Source: Selaginella moellendorffii (Eukaryota; Plantae; Lycopodiophyta). From it: 64,000 bases of DNA. Shown here in pieces: positions 50,590-64,000 of the stretch (its first letter is position 1; every line of letters begins with the position of its first letter). The notes beneath the pieces are model-generated. The model worked only from the letters and a program-made list of their open reading frames with translations, had not been told where the DNA came from and ran no database searches. The stretch lies in assembly GCF_000143415.4 (NCBI RefSeq), contig NW_003314345.1:142574-206573 (forward strand). Direction: 5' to 3'. Position numbers and translations under genes: made by a program.

Positions 50590-53500
50590 TAGGGATAGTG
50601 GGTAGATTAGTTATAATTGACTAACTTGAAGCATAGTTTACCTCCCACTTGCATGTTTGTTTTTATTTTGCATTTGGTTTAGGTAATCTCTATACCATGT
50701 TAGTTAGTGGAATACGCATATCTTGGCATTAGGCCATCGATATATTGAAATAGGGTAAGACTCTATTTGGGTCTATTTTGCTTGCTGGTTATGGCATTAG
50801 GATGTTAAAAGTTCTAAGATTGTTCCCATGTCATTCCATACTTCTATCCTTTTGCTCTTTGAGTTGAATGCTCACAAGTCACTTTATGCTTTGGTTCCTT
50901 TGCTCTTTCGCTACAAGCTTGGGAGTTTAGCTCTGTTCTTTTAATCATTGGCCCAAGGCCTTGAAACTTGGGTTCTGCTCTACTGTCTTTAGACACGTGG
51001 CATGTGACACATGGCATATAGAATGTTTAAGTTCTACTTTATGGTTATGCTATGGTAGATCACCATAAAATAAAGGGTGAAAACCATATGCACTAGAGTG
51101 CATCACAACAAGTTGAAATCGCTTATTATAATATAGAACCATAATAGATAATCTACCAAGTGCCAACAAAATCTAATATAAGGTGTTTAGGGATGCTTTT
51201 GAACGGTAAATATTAAACTTTGATTTATGGTAATAAGTTTGCTTTTGTTCCAGCCCCATGAACAAAAGTAAGTAGGATTTTCGAGATGGTGTTGGTTGTA
51301 TTGCTGCAACACCAATGTCAACCATATAAAGTAGCTTAAAGACACTGTAGTGATTAAACCTGATGCAATACTTAAAGAATTATCAGTTGTTAATAGGGTT
51401 ATATTCACCTCAAATGAGATTGAAAACCTTGAGAAATTTGGTTTAAATCTTGAGAGGAGAGTTGGAGATATGAGTGACAAAATTGAGACTATTCCCATAG
51501 AGATGCGTAAGAGGTCAGTAAGAAAAGGTAAGGTAGTTAAATTTATTGGTATTGTCTCCAAGTAGAAGCAAGGTAAACCGTTGCTAATTAAAGTTTAATA
51601 TTATTATTCTTAATTATCACTAATAAAAATCATGTTTATTCTTTGCTCTAGATGTGTGAGTAGCTCAACTAATGGTCTAGGTGCGTAAATAGTTTTAGGG
51701 TTCTAGCTTTCCTGTACTCCTCTTTCTCAACAATTATACTTGAACTTTTGCCTCTACTTTTCAGTATCTTTGCAACTCTCAACACATGTAACTCCTATAT
51801 AAAGAATCAGAGTAAGGAACCATATAATATTTCTAGCCACTAGAGCTTAGTCTAGAGCTTCAACCATGGACATAGTTATATTAAACTCCATCATTACATT
51901 TCATTAAATAATAATATAAATACAGGATAATATAGCACATTCCTTTATATTAAAATTTTATTAATTATTTTTTATTTAAAATGAAAATTTAAACAAATTA
52001 TATTATCATTTTATAAAATTATTAAAATATTTGTAGTCAAAACTGTTATTTTATTAAAAATATTTTTAAATAAAATTAATTAAAAAAGTAATAAAGTATT
52101 ACTTTAAAAAAAATAGCATAGTAAATTATCCCATGAGAATCTAAATTATCATCTAAGGGAGGGCATATTGCATCTTAACCCATGCTATATAGACTCTAAT
52201 AATGATTCAAGATTAGGCACATAAGTATGTACATTCCCTATGTCCCAAAGGGACTAACATAAAAACTACATCTCTCAACTGGGTACTCTATGTGATAATC
52301 TTGCATCTCAACCAAATGTAATCTTGAAGTAAAAGAGGTTGTGGTTGTTTTTTTTAGATTATGTTGATATCCAAATGTCCCCCTCCCAAGCCAAATGTAA
52401 AACAAAGTTAGGGGGGCACCACTGCCAAGGGATCTTATTGTTGTCCACTCTCCCGAAACATGGGAGCTATTTGTTCCTCCACCCCTCTAGTCACCCATTC
52501 GTTTAGGATGGCATAGTGGAGGCATACCATAACAAGAGTAAGTCTCCACCACAAGGTCACCACTATAGAAATTTTCACTTGTTGTTTATCAAAATGGTGG
52601 TGATTATACACTTCCTAAAGTGCTTGCACTTCTATCACTATCCAGATAGCTTAGTGCTTGTGGCCTATTGCCTCCCACACCAACATAAAGACTTCAACTC
52701 CAATCTTATCCCACTGGACTTGCATACCCCATTTGTATTGTCCTTAATATTAAATATGCCTCTAAGCCAGACTAGTGGCCGAACCTCTTGCTCGTTTGAG
52801 CTAATGGAGAACATTCCCCTTTCTAGCTTCAAACTCCGGAACATCCTCTAGTTCATGCACTGTTTTGAGAATTTGTCACCATACTTCTTTTGTCACATTG
52901 CATTCCCATAAAACATGCTATAGTATCTTTAGTTCACCACACTCCTTGCACTGTTAGCATGTTTCTTCCTAGAATTGCTATTTAACTGGTAACCCATTGT
53001 TTGCCACTAACCAAAAGGTGGCCTTGACCTTCTCTTGCACCAATAGTTTTCAAAAGGTGAGTGTGTTGTCCACCATTTAGTTTGCCTTGACTCCTTGTTT
53101 GATCCCCTTCTTCTATAGCTCGGGGATCTCCTTAGAGACCTCCTCCTTGCTTGTCAAGAGACCATCTTATGCTTCCTTGACTTCAAACAAGAAAAAGTGA
53201 GAATGTTGTCCCCCTCAAGCATAGCCGTCACTACCAGTTGTTTCAAGGCTTGTCGCACTATTTGGATCCCCCCCTTAACTTCCTCATCTGTCACTAGTGG
53301 CATGACCTATTTATCACTTGTCGGTAGCAACATATTGCTTTGCACAACCTAGTAGGGACGATTAACATTTTGTTCTAGAGATACAACAAACCATACCTCC
53401 ATATTGCCATCCCCCCAGATTGGTGTTAGGGCCATAAATGCCCCTGTCCAGGCTCCAAATCTATTTTTTTTCCCTATCTAATTTTGCATCATATATTCAA

Positions 53501-55290
53501 CATCACAAAGTCCCCAGGTTTGAGACATCATCTTAGCCAAGGCTACCCCTTCTTTGCCTCGGATGCTACAAAGAAGATCCAAAGGAACCTTCCTCCACTA
53601 TTATAGGTTGAAAACTTGTATATTCCTTGTTTTTTTCACATCCCTCAACACCCCCATCAGTTGCTTGAGAGTTTGAAAGCCACTAACATGTAACTTTTTC
53701 CTAGGCTGAGGACTACCAGAATTAGCCTCTATTCTTTAACAATCTTTTCAAAGTGGATAGCAAGACATTCTGTAGGGAAGAGCACTACATGCTATATCTA
53801 GCATCTCTCAACTGATTGGAAACTTGCTTCACAGCTTAAAAATCCCTTGGACCAATGTGCCTCTCTTGACCACCTATTTTGGCTCTTCAGCAAAGAGCAA
53901 ATGCAAATCCTCCATCCACTATCTTATAGTGTTATATTTGAGCTAGATCACAAGTAGACTTTGCCTAAATATGAGCTTCCATGGTTGGTTACTTGGTTAG
54001 GAGAATTTTGTAACATAGCACCTTTGCCATGTCACATGGACCAATAATGCTGAGACCTCCCAAAACTTGTGGATTGCCAAATAATTTTTGCCATGATTCT
54101 CCCTATGACTAGTGTGCCCTACCATACATATTTACATACCATCATGCATACCTTTTTGGGAGTGTATTCAAGAATAGGCCAGATCTAAAGATGGTACCAA
54201 ATAGATCAAAGTTATTGGGATAGGGAGGCACAAAAAAATGTTATCCTCTAGAGGCTTTAGATTTGGGCTAATAAAGATGTTATATTAGAAGCTAAAAAAG
54301 TTAGAGTAATAACAAGCAATAGCCCTCATGCAATCTCTCAGAGCTTCTTAAAGAAGTTTCTAGCTTCAAAATGAGGTTTTGCTAAATAGTAATCTTCTCA
54401 AATACAAGGAGAGTGAAGACATTGACAAGAGTGAAAGAGGTGTAATGAGGACAAAAAGGTAATAATAGACATTGATTGATTTATTTGCAAAGTTGGCACG
54501 TGGTTTTCACCCTTTATCTTATAGTGATTTACCATAGGATAACCACGAAGCGGAGCCTAAACCCTCTATGTGCCACATGCCACATGTCCCCAAGGATAGT
54601 GGAGTGGAACCCGAGTTTCAGGGCCTTGGGCCACTGAATAAGGAATAGAGCCAAACTCCCAAGCATGCAGCCAAGGAACGAAAGAATTAAAGCATAGAGT
54701 GTTCAACCCAAGGAGTGAAGGGACATGAGCATGGAGTGACATTGGAACAGTCCTAGAGCATCTACATCTCAATGCCAGGACCAATACGCAAAATGGAGCT
54801 AAACGGAGTTTAGTGCTACTTTAGTATACTAGTGGCCTAATACGACGATATTGGTTCTCCATCAGCTAGCATAATGTGGAACTTGGGTTTAGACCCAAGT
54901 CGAATGCAAAACAAAGACAGGCACGCAAGCAAGAGTTAAACTATGCCTCAAATTGGTCAGCTATGCCTGACCTACCCACTATCCTTACTAACATAGTGTG
55001 GAATTTGGGTTTGGCCCCAATTGGAATCCAAAACAGGGATGGGCCCCCAAGTTAAATTATCCCCCAAATGGGTTAGTTAGGCTTGCCCTCCCTCCTATAA
55101 ATAGGAAACCTTAAAACCCCCCCCCCCCCCCCCCCCCCCCCCCCTCTTCTCAAGGAATACATGCTTTGGGCTTTCACCCTTAGCCATCCTTATTATATTA
55201 AGAGTTGGTCTCTAGTACTAACTTGAAACTTACTAAATATGAAATGGCACTAGATTGCGAATTTGGATATGAAATGAACACCATTGTGAT
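50590..55290. mobile_element. Nested degenerate LTR-retroelement and repeat debris
   Basis: LTR-like segments at 50590-51010 (-) and 54560-55290 (+). 52270-53530 is similar to 1080-2545. 51590-52150 and 54220-54480 are inverted matches to 24200-25060. Confidence 0.5.
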
Positions 55291-55329
55291 TGAATAGAAC
55301 TTACACAAGATGCATGGTAGTGACTAATT

Positions 55330-58300
55330 TCTCAACTAACTTAGGTGGAAACTGAAAAAGGATCTAGCAATACCAACTTCTTATCATCATGGTAGTAAGG
55401 AAAGAATATCTAAAGGACTAGCCAATAAATAACTTTTGATATCTGCAGTCACATTCACAACAATTATGGATGGGCACCTTAAAGTACAATACAACAATTT
55501 ATGTGTTTTATAACCCAAAAAGCCAAACTTCAAACATACAATTGTCCAAGTATATCAAGAAGCTTAAGGGATATGTAGGTGCATATAGTTTTCACCCTTT
55601 ATCCTTTGGTGCTTTACCACCTTATCCCTTGGACACATGGGCCAAAGCCAATGGAGCAAAAATTAGTCTTACTGAACAAAGGGATAGAATCAAACTCCTA
55701 GTTAAGGAATGAAGGAATTGAAGCACATAATGACTTCTTAACATACAACCCAAGAAGCAGAGGAACAAGAATATGGAGCAACATGAAATTAGTCCTAAAG
55801 CATTTATCATCCCAACACTCACAAGGTAAAAGTTTGTTTTCATTATTTCTTTTTACTCTGTTTTGTGCTACTTATGGTCCATGTGAAGATCATGTCAAGA
55901 GCCTATAGATATAGTTCAGTCTTCTTAAGACTATACTTCCAAGCCTCAAGTCAAACTCTATATTCCATTGCCATCTTTTATATCTTCCACGAGAGATATC
56001 CACTCCAAGATGCAAAGGCATCATAATTTTCAAAGCCCAGCCTATGTTCTTAGTGTGAGAAGATTTGAGAGTACCCTTTGACCACCACTTTGCGTTCTTT
56101 CCATATTAATATAGTCTCCCTAAACCTAATGCTTGCAATGAGATTACCAACATTTCGAGGTTGACAAACCTGAATTTTACACCTTCAAGGAACCCCATGG
56201 AAATATCATATGTTATTCAGAGTTTATGGGCTTTGAAACCCAGCACCTTATCCCAGTGGTCAACTGTCATGAATTCCATAGTTCACCTGCAAAAGAAGGT
56301 ACCATTCAAGAATATTATGTACTTACTAATGCAAGTCATAAGTTGTGGCTATAAATGACACTTGTGCATGTTCTTCCACATGACTGCAAGCCCGTGATAA
56401 ATTCCAAACACCTATATATGTGAGTCCATCTGAACAAAGAAAAACTAAGCAAGTAATTCAGAGCTCCAAAAGTATTACTTCATCTGTGATCTTATGGGGA
56501 AGCTTCCATTGCATGGATAACCATAGTTATCTAGCTTTCATACTCGCTCTATTCATGCCTAAAGCATCCAAGTTGCAAAAAAGTCTGTGCTTTTTGGCTC
56601 CATAGTAACAGTCTCCCAGATCTGACAATAAGAAAATATATAAAACTTAGCCCCAGATCAAAGAGCACACCAAAGTTCCATTGGAGGTGAGCTCAAAGAT
56701 CTCAATTGACCATTGCCTGAGCAAAAGAACACTTAGCCACCAGAGGAAAATGAGCCAAAAGGCCATTCAAACAAAGAAAAAAAACTTTGCTTTTGTTCTT
56801 GAAAACATAGTCCTTACTTCCAAGTTAAAATTTTGCAGCTTGCAGCTAACAAAAACTTAAAAACTTTCCCAGATGCTTGAAAATTAGAATGGAACCTTGA
56901 TAGGATGCTATTTTGTTTGTCTCTGCCAAAGGATAACTGTTCTGATGCAACTTGGCCAGCATTCTCATAGGTTTTCTGGACATTTGACCTAGAAAATCCA
57001 TCTTTGAAGTAGGGAGCTTATCTTGGAAAGTATCAAAGCCACCTTACCAAGACAGTGCTAAAAATGTGGTGGCAGCCAACACAATCCCCAACATGTTTTG
57101 CAAGAATTAATGTAGATTCCTTAGCATGGCTGTAGAATAAAACTTCTACGAGACCAGAAGTGTGTAAATAATAATCACCAATTTTCTTAAGAGAATTTAT
57201 AAACTAGAGTATTAACTGTTTAGGAAAAGACAAGATTATTCTAAATGAATATTATGGGATATTCTACTATTTAATATCTAAGTATATTCTAGGTATTGCT
57301 TATGCAAACCAAAAATACATTAAAAATATCACTACCAACCATGACAATATGATAACATATAAGGTATAGTAGATGCAATCTAGCATATGTAACTATACTC
57401 TCTTTTTCATGTTGCCCTTCATACCTAACCACCTAGGACAACTCAGAATCTAAGCACTATGCCATAGTAGATAGCGACAAGTGAGGGTTCATCTTAGGGT
57501 TTAGGTGCTCGCATTGCCACCTGCTCACTTCAGCACAAAACAATGCCATCCATGGCAGTGCCAACAGTGGGCAATGGGACATGGAGCAAATGGAGCAGGG
57601 GCAGCAGTCCTTATGGTTGGGCAGTAGCCTTATTGACATGCAGCTGCAGCAGTATTAAAAGATCAGCAGCAGCAGCAGTGGTGGTGGCAAAAGACCATAG
57701 CAGCAGACAACAGCAACAACAGTAAAAGTACATCTAGGATTAGTGTAGGTTCCTCAGGAAGAGAAGAGAGCACTTTCCACTTGGGACAATGAGTCTAGTG
57801 ATGATAGTGAAGCAAGTGGAGATAGCAAAGATGTTCATTTCTTTGCCATGAAAAATGGATTGACAATGGAAGAAGTTACTTTGGTTCATGTGACAATCTG
57901 TACTTTGTGACCAAAGCATCAAAACTTCACAATATTTTGACAGGGGTTGGTTGGCATGGGATGTTTTTGATGAAGCAAGCACTAGACATAACAACAAAGT
58001 TGTGGGAGCTAATTGACTTTGGAATATGTAGGAAGCAACTAGGGAATGATGGATGCCTATGGCATTTTGAGGTGGGTTGGGATAAAGCTTTGGAATCATA
58101 ATGTTTGTTTAGCATTGCAAATCATTGATCTAGTGTGGCATGCCTAGTGGTTTTAACAAGTTATTGATTATAATATACCATCATCCCATTACATTGTGGT
58201 TGTAGAGCTTTGTATGAACATATGAGGTGATACAGTCTATGACATTTACATTGGAGTTGTAAAGCAGTTTAGTCAGCCTAGACTCATGCATAAAGATTTT

Positions 58301-60737
58301 GGACCAATTTTAATCTCATTGAAAAAGATATGAATGAGACTTTAGGTGTGGATGAGCATTCTTTCATAGAAGGGCCCTTTAAAAGAAACACTAGAAGATA
58401 AAATCCATAAAACACATTAAAATGTGTTTATAAAAATTCAACATAAAAAACCAATTTACTATATAAAATCACATGTTTTCAATATAATATTTTAGGTTTT
58501 ATAACTTAGTAGAAAGATCAAACAAACCATTCTAGCATTCTTATTAGCAATAAATTTTCCTATTTTTTTCATTCTTAATATAAATATCCACAATCCTAAA
58601 TAAAAAATTTTCTATTAATTTGTTTTCATTTCCAAGTTGGTTGGCTTAGAATCCTTTGGCAATGAACAAATAGGAGTCAATTTTGATTCTTATCAAGAAG
58701 GCCATTTCCTTTGAAAATTGAAAGTTTAAACTTTTTAGAAATGCTTGAATTTAGGGGCATTCTTTAAAAAATTTGAGTTGGGAGAATTTTTGGCTTATGA
58801 CATTCAATTATAAGTTGGGGCATAAAATGTTTATGCCTTGGTTTTTAGTAATGAATAAAATTATAGAATCCCAAACTTGAACACAGTCACTTTGCTAAAA
58901 AAATTGCACATACAAACCGTCAAACAACTTTAATTCAACAAATATATTATAGAAAAGTTTTAAAATTTTATAAGGATATTCTATATGTTGCTTCTTGTTG
59001 CACAAGAATTTTTTCTAGTGTGAATGACACAATTAAAACAAAAATTTATAGCAGTTTTTGAGTTAATTATTTTAAAAATATAATATTTTATTTTTTGATT
59101 CTCAAATCCTAAAATGTATGAAATTGCACTATGACTTCATCAAATAAGTGTTCAATGTACTTCTTATACCATTTGCTTCACTTTCTTTAGATGTTACTAA
59201 AGACTAATGAGTTTGTCTAATGATCTTTTGCTTAACAATATAGTAGAAATAATTACTCAAAATTTAACTATATATACATTCAAGAAGCTGGGTTTATAGT
59301 TAGATGTGCTAAAATTTTGTTATACCTTTTTGCTTAGTTTTGTATGACACTCAAGTGATGTTTGACTAGGAGTATCATAATTAGTGGCACTAATTGACAA
59401 CTACCTTTTATAAGAGAGAGACTTTTTAAAAGTCACTCTTTGTACTATTAATCTAGAAGTGAGTAAGTACTAGTTTTTACTTACAAAATTCTTCAAAATT
59501 ACAAAATTCTTTACCACTCTACACATATTTATTGTGTCTTTATTCTATGTGTCGAGCTCTAAAACCTTCCCAAGCTCAAACTTAAACAAATCCTCACTAT
59601 TATAACCTTCACTTACAATCTTATCAAAAAAACTTACCGAAATGTTAATGGCACATAGCCCATATATATAATCACTTAACTTTAATGTATATAGCGCCTT
59701 AAATCAAATGTGACTTAAAGCGATTCTGGTGAATGAAATAGTAAAAGAAACAATAAAAGTAAAATAAAAAAGTATTTTATATCTTTTCTTATTAACCGAT
59801 CACTTTGCACCTCATGCATAAATTGTTTGGTGTCTAGATCACTTCATTTAATTTATACTATTGGGAAAAACATGGTTTAATTAAAAACCCAATAAACCCT
59901 AGAGCAAAACCTATGCATGAACTTTGTATATTAAAAGGAACAAAAAAAGAAAAAAAACACATATGTTTAGTATTTACTTTGAAACTTTTTGCCTTAATAT
60001 TAATTAAAGTTTTTTAACAAAAAATCTTTCATAATAATTCAAAAGTGGTTGAACTTCCCTAATTTCATCCATTTCTATGCTTAATTTGTTAAATATTTTT
60101 AGCTCACTAGGTGGTTGTGCATGAAATTTCTCAAATACGTTCAACCATTAAATTTCATCTTTAAACTAAGATTTTTAAAAGCTAAATCAAAAATTATACA
60201 GCATAATAATATAAAAGCACCAAGTTATTATACATAGTTAATTGATAAATTTTCCATTTATCTAATCCTCAACCAATCTCCAAAGACATTTAAATTATTA
60301 TCTAATATAAAGAATAACCAACTTTGATGTAAAATATCCAAGTCAAACTTGGTAATTCACATGTTGTTATGAATTTAACATATGTTCTAGGGGAAATTCA
60401 AGAGCAAAAATCAATCTAAAAATTAAAAAGGGGGAAGAGAAAAATTAGACTTATAAGCCTATAAACTCTATTTGCCCTTTGGATCTTGAGTGTAATTTTT
60501 TTTATTTTCTTAGTGAGAACCATAGATAATACAAATAGATGTTGATTTTTTCAAAGATAGAAAAGCTCAATGAGGTATATGGAAAAAGATTGTTAAAAGA
60601 TTTATCAATTAAATAAAACTTATAAAAAGAAATGAGATTTCTATATTCTACACTCTCTATTTTTTGTATAAGAGTTTAATATAATAATGTTTATTTAATA
60701 TATGCTTAATCACCTTACTCTACTTGTATTGAAGTAT
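55330..60737 (+). repeat. Copy B of the long direct duplication (lacks the PMT pseudogene)
   Basis: Colinear with 15255-22625 apart from a ~2-kb gap. Confidence 0.85.
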
Positions 60738-60819
60738 AACATATGGGCTGGAGACCTTCCAGATAATAGATTCAAACACAGAGAAAGAAAAAGTTTGGCA
60801 ATTGTTTTGCTCGGGGATT

Positions 60820-61030
60820 GGCTCCAGAGACCCAATGGTGGCGATCCCATTGGAAAAGCCCTGGGTGATTGTGGAGTGGAATCAGTTCATGGTAGAAATG
60901 TGGAGGATGCCAAGGGCAGTCCCACTCGCGCTGCCCCATTAATGTGTATCTGCCATTCAACATTTGTGATGCAAGGAAAAACTGCACAGCAGCCAGGGTG
61001 ACAGGTGGAAATACTCACCAGATACTACAA
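60820..61030. pseudogene. Old MpaB 3' relic (+) and tRNA-Asp relic (-)
   Basis: Mirror copy of 49382-49590. Confidence 0.65.
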
Positions 61031-61388
61031 GATTGCACCCCATTGGGCACAAATGGACTGTAAACAAACCAGGTAGATAAGCATGCTAAGGGTTAGGCAA
61101 TGTTATTCTTTTCGGGTGGTCTTAGGCTTGCAAGTGATCTGTCGTTAACTTGCACATTGTAAACAAGGATGTGTAGACGTTTTGGTAGGACCAAATGGAA
61201 AACGTGCAACTTATGGGACATACTGGTTACGTGCACGGAATAAGATACGGTGAACCATGGAATTAAAAATGTGAGATGTGATCTCTGTAGGATAACTACC
61301 TCTTCTCCTGCCCCTGTTTCATAACCCACAGAGGAGTGTAGAAAACAAAAGCTGTTTTCAGGACCGATCAAACAGTTTTCATTTCCAA

Positions 61389-61577
61389 ATGGCTGCAATC
61401 TTGTTGATGACCGTGTTGCTCATGATGGCTGGAAGATGGTGTGCATTGGCAAGAGAAAAGATAGAGCGAGATTTCTAGCGTCACTCCACCCCGTGAGAGA
61501 TGCCCACAAGATCTTGTGGTATATGTACTGGGTGGATTTCCCCTTCCCCTCACAAAAGACGCTCGAGTTTGGCACCA
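61389..61577 (+). pseudogene. 5' fragment of the MpaB-like gene fused to PMT 3' flank
   Basis: Mirror copy of 48835-49023. Confidence 0.85.
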
Positions 61578-61905
61578 TGCATATCTTGGTTAGTTTGTGC
61601 CAACATGAATCTCCAGGTGTGGTCATAGCTCCTACACCGATCAAAGCCAGCTTGCACGAGGTAAAAGTTCGTTTTCGTTTTCTCTGCTTTGTGCTACTTG
61701 AGCTACTGCTGCAGGATATCTATGCGAAGGTCATGTAAGAGGCCAAGACTTTGGAACTCACTCGGAGGTGGAGTTTTTGTCATGCCCAAGAGCTGTGCAG
61801 ACGTTTCCTGAGCCGACAGTCCATGAAATTCACTTTAGAAGGACATAGAAATCATTTAAACATATATTCAACTCTATCAAGTATTAAAATGTCTGTTCAG
61901 CAATT

Positions 61906-62120
61906 GATTTCATCCCTTGTTAATGTCCAGCTGGATAACAATAAGATGACAAACCTGAACACCGGGAGTGGCGTGCTCACTCTTTCGTAAGCGTCTGTTC
62001 CAGCATGTTTTTCATCTTATTTGTGGTGAATGTTACTGCAGCCTGGCAGGGAATCCAGTTTGTGATGGCAGTAGGCTTTGTGCCTCCCTTGCCGCGCTGC
62101 TGGAGGAGGGACGCCGATGA
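61906..62120 (+). pseudogene. Captured LRR receptor-like gene fragment with a ~55-nt intron
   Basis: ISSLVNVQLDNNKMTNLNTGSGVLTLS [gtaag...tgcag] LAGNPVCDGSRLC corresponds to a last LRR plus a C-terminal cap. Confidence 0.6.
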
Positions 62121-62737
62121 GCTTCTTCTACTGGGAGGCATGATGCCGGATGCCCGAAATCCCTATCCTGAGCTACTCTGCCTATCCACAGTGATATTTC
62201 GCGGCGCCGGAGCTCGATGCTGGCATAATACGCGATCCAGATGCTTCAAATCCTCGCCGCCGCTCCCAATGGAGCTAGATCGATCGCCTTGAAGATCATC
62301 CACCGCATTGCCTTGCCCAAATCTGGATGGGATTCGCGGCGCACCCCTGCATTGTATCCAAAATCTGGAGCCACGCGCCTGCGATTCATGGCGCCAGCGC
62401 CCCGGCGGAAGGGATAGCGCAATCCCTAATGCGATGGAGGAGGAGAGGAGAGGAGAGAGGAGAAAGAGGAGAAAGAGGCTCCTCACCACACTGTCCCGTT
62501 TCTCCCAAAAACCATGCACCACATTGAGCTGCTTGTCAAGCGTCCGGCAATCCACGCCGTCCAGAGGGGGCCCGCGTGCGTGGCACACACTCGTGCGTCG
62601 GATGGAGAGCAGGTACTGGTCGTTGGATCCAAAGGGCCCCGAGACCATCGCAACCGCTCAACGCAGACATGCCGTCCGGGTTCCTTCCGCGAACCAACGG
62701 TCCGAGGAGCGCAATTAAGTTCTATTAGTTGTCTGAT

Positions 62738-62809
62738 GTCGTTGTAGTATACTGGTGAGTATTTCCGCCTGTCACGCGGACGACCTGGGTTCGATCCCCG
62801 GCAACGGCG
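62738..62809 (+). tRNA. tRNA-Asp(GUC)
   Basis: Identical to 47593-47664. Confidence 0.85.
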
Positions 62810-62869
62810 AGATTAATCAATTGGATTAATAAGTAATAACAAAACCATAACAATTTATTAAAGGTATTT

Positions 62870-63905
62870 CTATGCATGCATTTGCTGAAAGGGACAACGT
62901 AATCCCCCATCGTAGTATGGTCCAATCTTGCCGGATTTCAGCACTCCCAGCTCCGCCAGCTTGTATCCCTTCTCAAATGCTGGTGGCCGATACATTCACG
63001 TTGAGCTGCCGGTACTCTTCCGGATTGGCAGCGGGATTAGGACACCAGTCCACCTCAATGCTGCCCTTCGCATCCTCCACACGTCTGGGAGGCATAAATG
63101 CGGACACGCAGCTCCCGGCCAGCAGCTTGAACGCACCCAAGACGATCCACTCCACGATCACGGGGGGCTTTTCCAATCCAACAGCACTCCTGATTGTGGG
63201 ATCGATGAGCGCGCAGATCCCAGTCTCTACCAGCGGCTGCACGGGCTGAGGAAACGCGTCCAGCACCAGATGCTTGAGATCCTGGACGATGCTCTTGTTC
63301 TTGTCCGTGAAGATGGCGTTCTTGGCCTCGTACTCGCAAATGTAGTCTCGCATCTCGGAAATGCTGTCTGGGATGTTTGTGATGCCCATCCTCACGCCCA
63401 CGTCGTGCCACACAACATACGCGGCCTCCTTCTCGTTGTCGGTCCACTTGCGGAATCCAAACTTCTCGGAGAAATCAATGGGACTGATCACGTTGAGGCA
63501 GAGGACGTAGGCGAATTGGTCGTTTGGGATCTTGAATTTGTTGTGGATTCCATTCAATCTCCTCACCGCGTACGAGCCGCGATCGCTGTCGACGTGGTGG
63601 TGGATCATCTCGCTCACCAGAATGTTGGTCTCGGCGGCGCGCTTCTCGGGATCCTTGAGGCCGTACTTGGTCTTGAAGAGCAGATTTGTGATCCCGGGGA
63701 TGCCCAGCGTGCGGATGGTGCCAAACTCGAGCGCCTTTTGTGAGAGGAAGGGGAATTCCACCGAGTACATATACCACAAGATCTTGTGGGCATCTCTCAC
63801 GGGGTGGAGTGATGCTAGAAATCTCGCTCTCTCTTTTCTCTTGCCAATGCACACCATCTTCCATGCTGCAGCCATCAACACGATCATCAACAAGATTGCA
63901 GCCAT
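62870..63905 (-). pseudogene. MpaB/DUF2236-like oxygenase with a 2-nt deletion near 62992 (310 aa, altered C-terminus)
   Basis: ccgatacattcacg here versus ccgatacacattcacg in the other copies. The span is 1036 nt versus 1038. It may be a sequencing error. Confidence 0.75.
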
Positions 63906-64000
63906 TCTGAAATGGTTGCGTTGTGAAAACTGTTTGATCTAAAATCTGTGCGTGCAAAAGAAAGAACTAGGTTGGTGAAAACATGGGCAAGAGAAGGGGT

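Larger units (their letters stand above)
60738..64000. repeat. Right arm of the ~3.3-kb inverted repeat (runs off the window)
   Basis: Reverse complement of 46400-49674. Confidence 0.93.

Noticed and set aside
55116-55144. Poly-C tract
   Set aside because: It lies within an LTR-like repeat and is probably slippage or low-quality sequence.

Overview
Eukaryotic plant nuclear DNA. Very short GT-AG introns (about 50-70 nt), tight gene packing and a PPR gene built from short 31-aa repeats point to a lycophyte such as Selaginella (inference). There are two gene-dense islands. The first (3-14 kb) holds two class III peroxidases, one fused to a long Pro/Val/Glu/Lys/Tyr wall-protein repeat, plus a PPR gene, a DUF538 gene and a degenerate Sen1/UPF1-like helicase. 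The second (32-43 kb) holds TatD, a third peroxidase, a small Cys-rich LTP-like protein, RABF2, SPINDLY and a PMT/DUF248 methyltransferase. The rest is an accessory zone dominated by repeated amplification of an intronless MpaB/DUF2236 (rubber-oxygenase-like) gene that sits tail-to-tail with a tRNA-Asp(GUC) gene. There are 2 intact, 2 damaged and about 8 fragmentary copies, arranged in nested inverted and direct duplications. This zone also contains a 5S-rRNA-carrying Cassandra-like TRIM, a folded-back hAT transposase, captured gene fragments and LTR debris. Exon boundaries and repeat limits were read by eye and are approximate.
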